Source: a virus. Taken from it: a stretch of 20,627 nt of DNA. The translations under genes were made by a program, and so were the position numbers. Below the pieces are notes generated by a model. It saw only the letters and a program-made list of their open reading frames with translations. It ran no database searches and was not told the DNA's origin. Below are positions 15,406-20,627 of the stretch, piece by piece. Location: positions 115,592 to 136,218 of IMG/VR virus record IMGVR_UViG_3300044820_000144; one strand, given 5' to 3'. Within the stretch, counting starts at the first letter, position 1; the number at the start of each line of letters is the position of its first letter.

Positions 15406-16395
15406 TTACTGCTTGAGGGCGTCCCGGATCTCGGTGAGGCGCGCGATCGCCTCCTCGGTGCGCCGCAACCACTCGGGACGGTCCGCGTCCGTCATGAACT
15501 GGGTGATCGACGAAGGGGCCGGGAGAACAGCCAGCTGCCCCAGCGTCATCCCGTAGGCCGTCTTGGGGGAGCGGGTCTGGCGGCCGATGGTCTTCGTGTC
15601 CTGCTTCACCCCACCGGTCTGCAGGTCCTCGGCGTAGGTGTTGCGCAGGGCGGTGACGTACTGGACCTGCTTGGCGGAGCTGCGCAGGGCGTTCAACTGG
15701 CCCACGGCCGCGGAGACGTCCTCGGTGCGCAAGCCGGCGTCCAGGGTGAGTTTCGCCATCGCGGCGAACCCCTCGTCCGTGGAGATCTGGCCGAGCCGGT
15801 TCTTCACCGCGGCCGGGAGCTTGTCCCACCGGGTGCGCAGCAGGCCGGCTTCGTCGGCGCGCCGGTCCACGTTGGCCAGGTTCGCGGCAGCGCGCAGGGT
15901 GTGGACCTTCAGGCCGAGCCGGCGGGCGGCCTCCTCGGCGGACACGTTGTTGTCCAGCAGGTACAGCGCCTGGTGCAACCGGTCGGTTTCGTTCGTAGGC
16001 AGGCCGTGGCGGGTGTTCGCCTCGAACGTCAGCATGGTGATGGCCGACGGTTGGGCGCCGAGGATGACGTAGGCGTCCAGCTCCTTGGCGCCGGCGGTCT
16101 TGTGCGCCTGGAACCGGTGGTTCCCGTCGGCGATCAGCAGCGGTGCCGTCTGGGACGTCTCGGCGGTCAGGATGGCGGGGAACACGTCGCCGTTGCCCAG
16201 GGCAGCCACGTACCGGTCGACGGTGCCCCGGTCCAGAGGCTTCCCCACCCGCGCCTGGTTGTGCAGGGAGCGCTCCTCGTCGAACTCCTCCAGCGGGATC
16301 CCGGTCCGAAACTCCCAGGTGAACCCCCGATCGGTGAGCATCGCCTCGGTCTGCGGGCTTCGACTGGGACTGGGTGCCTTAACGCGAGGCGGCAT
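15406..16395 (-). CDS. ParB/Srx-like domain protein with HTH
   Basis: FPAIL...LIADGNHRFQA...EANTRHGLP, then HTH SAEEAARRLGLKVHTLR; GAGGAG RBS. Confidence 0.85.
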   Translation of the reverse strand: MPPRVKAPSPSRSPQTEAMLTDRGFTWEFRTGIPLEEFDEERSLHNQARVGKPLDRGTVDRYVAALGNGDVFPAILTAETSQTAPLLIADGNHRFQAHKTAGAKELDAYVILGAQPSAITMLTFEANTRHGLPTNETDRLHQALYLLDNNVSAEEAARRLGLKVHTLRAAANLANVDRRADEAGLLRTRWDKLPAAVKNRLGQISTDEGFAAMAKLTLDAGLRTEDVSAAVGQLNALRSSAKQVQYVTALRNTYAEDLQTGGVKQDTKTIGRQTRSPKTAYGMTLGQLAVLPAPSSITQFMTDADRPEWLRRTEEAIARLTEIRDALKQ

Positions 16396-17002
16396 GTGCC
16401 AGCTCCTCTTCCTGGTCCAGGGTGTTCTGGCTGCGGTCGATGACAGTGATGATCTTGCGCTGCAACGGGTTGATGACGACCTGAATCCGGCCCCGAATGT
16501 GGATCAGCGTGCCGGGGCGGGTGCCGGGGCGGGCGATGTCCGGTGCCAGGGCGCACCAGAGGGCTTCCTCCCTGCCGATGCCTCGTGTCCCTTGCCGATC
16601 CATGGCGTGGTCGGTGAAGGTCCACTCCTCATACCCCTGCGGCAGGAGGGACTCCGCCGGGGGGCGCAGCCCCCGGGGAGGTGCAGCTGGCGGTCCAGCT
16701 GGTCGCTCCGGTGGCTCGACAGCGGCCACCCGGGCGATCGGGATGTGGATGTACGAGGCTTCCACCGTGCCGCGCCGGGTCGTCGCCGGCTCGTCGGCCT
16801 CGACGCGTCGCCGGCCCCGGAACGTGGACTCCTCCACGAGGGTCCCGCAGCGGGTCCAGCCGTATAGGTCGCGGCGGAGCAGGTCGGCGTGGGGGTCGCA
16901 CAACTCCAGGTCGTAGCTGGACGACCCGAAGGTGATGCGCTCCCTGGTGGTGGCCGGACGGGGATCGAAGCAGCGATTGCAGTTGCCCAGTTTCGTGGTC
17001 AT
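16379..17002 (-). CDS. Lsr2-like dimerisation domain fused to a DUF4258-like domain
   Basis: N-terminus YDLELCDPHADLLRRDLYGWTRCG; C-terminus FTDHAMDRQGTRGIGREE...KIITV; AAGGAG RBS. Confidence 0.75.
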   Translation of the reverse strand: MTTKLGNCNRCFDPRPATTRERITFGSSSYDLELCDPHADLLRRDLYGWTRCGTLVEESTFRGRRRVEADEPATTRRGTVEASYIHIPIARVAAVEPPERPAGPPAAPPRGLRPPAESLLPQGYEEWTFTDHAMDRQGTRGIGREEALWCALAPDIARPGTRPGTLIHIRGRIQVVINPLQRKIITVIDRSQNTLDQEEELAHAASR

Positions 17003-17016
17003 TAGGCTCCTTCGGT

Positions 17017-17050
17017 CAACTGCCGCGAAGCTCCTACTTCACGGCTGTTG
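17017..17050 (-). promoter_or_regulatory. 5' leader hairpin
   Basis: Minus strand caac-a-gccgtgaag [taggag] cttcgcggc-a-gttg, just upstream of the RBS of the 17002 gene. Confidence 0.5.
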
Positions 17051-17234
17051 CGCACGCACGACGATACTCTATGGGCACGGCTGGTGACCCAGAGTCTGTG
17101 ATGCCGACTGTACGGGGGAAGGTGCGGCGTCCTGGGTGACCGCTGCCGGTCTCCACTGAACGTGGGATCCCGCCCCCCGGATCGCGAGAGATCGTGGGAT
17201 CCGTCCGCCCTCCACTGCGAAGGACCATGCCGCC

Positions 17235-17552
17235 ATGGGCGCCGAGGTACGCACCGACCAGGACTTCAACGACGTCCTGACCAGCGACATCCCTGTGATC
17301 GTGGACTTCTGGGCGCCCTGGTGCTCACCCTGCCGCCAGCTCGCGCCGGTACTGGAGGAGGTGGCCCGCACCTACAGCGGCGTGCGCGTCGTCAAGGTCA
17401 ACACGGATGAGAATCCTGTGGTGACCGCCCGGTACGGCGTCGGCTCCCTGCCCACCGTGATCGTCTTCAAGGACGGGCAGCCGGTCAAACAGATGACTGG
17501 CTCCAAGCCCAAGGCCGCGCTGCTGCGTGAGCTGGCACAGTGGCTCGAATGA
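17235..17552 (+). CDS. trxA: thioredoxin
   Basis: VIVDFWAPWCSPCR...KVNTDENP...YGV.SLPT...FKDG; 105 aa. Confidence 0.95.
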   Translation: MGAEVRTDQDFNDVLTSDIPVIVDFWAPWCSPCRQLAPVLEEVARTYSGVRVVKVNTDENPVVTARYGVGSLPTVIVFKDGQPVKQMTGSKPKAALLRELAQWLE

Positions 17553-17902
17553 GTCATCAGCACGAAGCGACAGGCGGCCAGGCGGACGGCGAACAGGAGG
17601 CCGCATGGCTGCTGCTGGCGGTCTACCGGGGCCACTGGGAGATCAACGACTACCCGGGGTCCCGGGTCCTGAAGGCCAACTGCGGTCACCTGGCGTGGCT
17701 CAGCCCCCAGGGTGAGCGCTACGTCGACGAGGGCGCCTACCTGTGCTGCATGGACTGCGGCGACGAGCTGTTCAGGGCGGACGACAAGGAGATCCGCAAG
17801 CAGGCCGTGGCCGGTGCCGTGGACCACATCCAGGCCAACCTCGGCCAGCCGGCCGCCGACTTCGCCCGGACCTTCATGCGCCGCCACGGCATCCGCGAGT
17901 AG
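17549..17902 (+). CDS. putative zinc-binding protein
   Basis: CGH..W.SP...CCMDC; ATGA coupling to trxA. Confidence 0.8.
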   Translation: MSHQHEATGGQADGEQEAAWLLLAVYRGHWEINDYPGSRVLKANCGHLAWLSPQGERYVDEGAYLCCMDCGDELFRADDKEIRKQAVAGAVDHIQANLGQPAADFARTFMRRHGIRE

Positions 17903-17921
17903 GTAGGCCCGCTCAACCCGC

Positions 17922-18638
17922 TCAGCAGTAGGGGACTCCGGCGGCGCGGAGCAACCGCACCCGGTCCCGCTGCCGGTCGGGGGGCATCTGGGACATCAGG
18001 ACCACCGAGCACGGGAAGTGCTCCAGCATCACCTTGGCGCAGAGCCTGTCGCGGTCCTCGCGTGAGCGCTCGACGGGCAGCAGGGGCGCGATGACGCTGA
18101 CGCTGGGCTCGTTCATCGCGGCGATCATCGCGTCGGGGATGACGCCCTCGGCGTGGCCCTCGCTCGGCAGGACCTGCGGGTCCAGCCAGACCAGGTGCCT
18201 ACCGGCGTAGCGGTAGGGCAAGCTCATCATGGTCAAGTCGCCGGCCCGGTTGGCGCAGGTGATCGACAGGGCTTCGACCACCCATCCCTTGGCCAGGGCG
18301 TCATGGTGCTTGACGGCGTCGTTCATCTCCCCTTGCTCCCACGGACGCCCGGTCAACGGGTTGATCACGTCGGCGACCGGGCCGTCCACGTTCATGGGCG
18401 GGGTGGTGTAGCTCTCGATGGTCAGGCCCAGGGCGTCGCCGTCGAACCCGCCCGCGGCGGCCCGGAAGATCGCCAGGATCAGCTCCCGGTCATGCTGGCT
18501 CGGCAGCACCATGGCGACCAGGTCGTTGCCCCGGAACACGTCGATGAAGGCCCTGATGTCGCGCGGCCCCCGCCGGCAGGCGCTCTCCTTGAGGGCGATG
18601 GCCCCTCGGACGGCGGATTCCTGCACGTCACGCAGCAT
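17922..18638 (-). CDS. hypothetical protein
   Basis: 238 aa; AAGGAG RBS and a -10-like TAGGGT (18677-18672) upstream. Confidence 0.85.
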   Translation of the reverse strand: MLRDVQESAVRGAIALKESACRRGPRDIRAFIDVFRGNDLVAMVLPSQHDRELILAIFRAAAGGFDGDALGLTIESYTTPPMNVDGPVADVINPLTGRPWEQGEMNDAVKHHDALAKGWVVEALSITCANRAGDLTMMSLPYRYAGRHLVWLDPQVLPSEGHAEGVIPDAMIAAMNEPSVSVIAPLLPVERSREDRDRLCAKVMLEHFPCSVVLMSQMPPDRQRDRVRLLRAAGVPYC

Positions 18639-18698
18639 TCGGGGGACTCCTTCGGGCGTGGGGGCGTCCCGACCCTACGCCACGCGCTCAGATCGGGG

Positions 18699-19073
18699 TC
18701 AGCCGCCGTTCGTACGAGGCCACGGCGGGACCGGCTTGGGGCCGATCCCGTCCCAGGGGGCCGCCCACTGCTCGCTGACCAGCACCGACGTCAGGTCCCG
18801 CCCGTCCGGCAGGGTGATCGACGCGTCGTAGCGGCCCCCGTACTTGTCGTCGTGGACCGAGGTGACGCTCACCTGCGTCCCGACCGGCAGCAGGGCAGCC
18901 AGGTTCGCGGTGGCCTCGGGGCCGCCGGGGGCGTCGTGCTCGCGGGCGTTGCAACCCAGCAACCTGAAGGACCGACCGAGCACCCACACCCCGAACCCGA
19001 GGTCGACGTCCAGCGCCACCGTGTCGCCGTCGATCACGCGGGCGACGTGGCACTTCCCGTACACGTGGTCCAT
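18699..19073 (-). CDS. thermonuclease (SNase family)
   Basis: RVIDGDTV..DVDLGF...RLLGCNARE...DKYGGRY. Confidence 0.9.
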   Translation of the reverse strand: MDHVYGKCHVARVIDGDTVALDVDLGFGVWVLGRSFRLLGCNAREHDAPGGPEATANLAALLPVGTQVSVTSVHDDKYGGRYDASITLPDGRDLTSVLVSEQWAAPWDGIGPKPVPPWPRTNGG

Positions 19074-19153
19074 GCCGACCGATTCGGCGCGCAGCCGGCC
19101 CGATCCGAGAGATGTACGACTGGAACAGCGGGCGACCGGGTGGTCGCGAGAGG

Positions 19154-19384
19154 TTAGGTCGGGGGCTCGGGGGCCTTGACCAGCAGGGCTTCGATGCCGT
19201 CGGCGCAAGCCACCTTGCCCGCCGTCACGGCCTCGCGCAGCCGTTGGATGGCGTCCTTGGCTGCTGCGTTCAGGGTGGCGTCGGCAATCCGGCCCAGGGC
19301 GGCCTCGGCGGCCTCGATCTGCTCCAGGGCGTCGGCCAGGTGGTCGATGGTGGTCTTGCGGTAGCGCCGGCGGGGCGCCGGCAT
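19154..19384 (-). CDS. small helical hypothetical protein
   Basis: TGATG coupling to the upstream gene; Ala-rich helices. Confidence 0.7.
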   Translation of the reverse strand: MPAPRRRYRKTTIDHLADALEQIEAAEAALGRIADATLNAAAKDAIQRLREAVTAGKVACADGIEALLVKAPEPPT

Positions 19385-20349
19385 CAGATCCGGACCCGGC
19401 GTCGATCAGCCGCGACCTTCAAGCCGATCTGGTCGGTCATCTCCACGAGGGTGTCCAGGGCGGCGCCGGCCCCGGCGAAGGTTGTGTCATAGCGATCGCT
19501 GTAGTCCACCAACCAATCTTGCAGGATGCGCCCCTCGCCACGCCAGGACGTCCACCGTGCCGTGGTCGGCGCCTCCTTCGGGTGCTCCTCGACCCATGAC
19601 GCGATGTCCCGGACCAGGGCCTGCGCCCGGCCCTCGATGTCGGTGTCGATCGACTCGATGACCATTTCCCGCAGGTCCGGCTCGTCAGGGATCGGGATGA
19701 GGCGCATCCGGCAGCCCGGCCCGCACTGGCGCAGGATCGACTGCAGCGCCTCGGCCTCGGCGCGCAGCTCCGGCGGCAGCAGGTAGGCCCCACCACCGGA
19801 CTCGGCCACGGCCACCGCACCCAGGCGGATCAGGTGGTCCCGCACCACCGAGCGGACCGCGTGCGGGGACAGCAGTTGCATGTTCAACTCATACGCCTGG
19901 ATGATCCGGTCGATCAGGCGCTGGGTGCGGGTCCGGTCCACCCCACGCAGCCGCTGGTCGACCACGCACCGCAGCCGCTGCGAGCCCGGCACCCGGCCGG
20001 CGCTGGTGCGGTGCGGGCGGAAGAACTGCAGGTCGGCCGTCCGCTCCTCGCAGAGGTAGCCGTCGTCGTCGGTCCACTGCCGGAACACCGTCCGCATCAC
20101 GTGCTCGGGGGTCTGGCGGGTCTCGCGGACCACCAGGCGGACCATGGTGCCCCGGCGGTCGTACTCGTCGGTCGCCGACGTCGTCGCCGACCGGAAGGCG
20201 TCCACGCCTCGGGCGGTGGCGGGCAGGAACTCCGGGTCGATGCCGGCCTCGATGAGCAGCTGCTTCATCCGGTCCCGGGTGATCGGCAGCGCGTCGGACG
20301 AACCACCGGAGGAGATCCGGTACCAGACGAACAGGCTGATCGGAGTCAT
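19384..20349 (-). CDS. DUF6744-like phage protein
   Basis: LFVWYRI...ITRD.M..LL.EAGID..FLP..ARGVDAFRSAT and ...SGGGAYLLP...R..PIPD....R.MV pattern (recalled). Confidence 0.75.
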   Translation of the reverse strand: MTPISLFVWYRISSGGSSDALPITRDRMKQLLIEAGIDPEFLPATARGVDAFRSATTSATDEYDRRGTMVRLVVRETRQTPEHVMRTVFRQWTDDDGYLCEERTADLQFFRPHRTSAGRVPGSQRLRCVVDQRLRGVDRTRTQRLIDRIIQAYELNMQLLSPHAVRSVVRDHLIRLGAVAVAESGGGAYLLPPELRAEAEALQSILRQCGPGCRMRLIPIPDEPDLREMVIESIDTDIEGRAQALVRDIASWVEEHPKEAPTTARWTSWRGEGRILQDWLVDYSDRYDTTFAGAGAALDTLVEMTDQIGLKVAADRRRVRI

Positions 20350-20383
20350 CGGGTGCTTCCCTCGTTCGGTGTGATGTGGCGTG

Positions 20384-20626
20384 TCACGGACCGGTCAGTT
20401 CCCTAGCCCGGCGCATGCCGTCGGTGGTGAGCATCCGGCCCCGGCCGGTCAGGGCGATCAGGCTCTTCGCGAGCAGGACCCGCTCGATCTCGGTGATGCC
20501 TGCGCCGACCTCGCCGATCCGGTCGGCCAGGGTCTTCTGCCCGGCCGGGTTGCCCCGGAAGTCGGTCAGGAGGACCTGCAGGTAGCGCTGCATCTGGGTG
20601 GACAGACCGTCTTCGGAGACACCCGC
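20384..20626 (-). CDS. ruvB: RuvB-like Holliday junction helicase, C-terminal winged-helix part (truncated by the window edge)
   Basis: DGLS...RYL..L....PAGQKTLA..IGE....I.EIE..LL...LI..TGRGRMLT matches the RuvB C-terminal domain; frame is open to the window end. Confidence 0.8.
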   Translation of the reverse strand, partial: AGVSEDGLSTQMQRYLQVLLTDFRGNPAGQKTLADRIGEVGAGITEIERVLLAKSLIALTGRGRMLTTDGMRRARELTGP

Positions 20627-20627
20627 G

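Noticed and set aside
14410-16443. 677-aa plus-strand ORF
   Set aside because: Antisense shadow of the ParB-like and 349-aa genes; stop-poor frame expected in high-GC DNA, with no motifs.
18699-18710. Thermonuclease also ends in Gly-Gly (TNGG)
   Set aside because: The GG follows a Pro-rich tail on an OB-fold nuclease rather than a beta-grasp strand; probably chance in GC-rich codons.

Overview
High-GC window of densely packed, mostly short and often translationally coupled ORFs (ATGA/GTGA/TGATG overlaps) in alternating strand blocks. It looks like the non-structural or accessory region of a large actinobacterial phage or prophage; no capsid, terminase or integrase gene is visible. Recognisable products are a RuvB-like C-terminus (truncated at the right edge), a DUF6744-like protein, a thermonuclease, a thioredoxin, an Lsr2-dimerisation/DUF4258-like fusion, a ParB-like protein, a papain-like peptidase with a DUF1003-like membrane partner, an XRE HTH protein, a YkgJ Cys-cluster protein, a collagen-repeat protein and many small Cys/His proteins. 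The best candidate for an undescribed system is 9582-10396: a 74-aa protein with a predicted beta-grasp layout ending in Gly-Gly, followed 2 bp later by a protein with a CxCxHP motif, with no recognisable E1 or JAB gene in the window. Other notable items are a ~50-aa module shared by three ORFs, a LexA-box gene abutting three exact 12-bp repeats, a promoter-preceded hairpin that may be an sRNA, and frequent leaderless promoter geometry. All family calls come from motif recognition by eye; no database searches were run.
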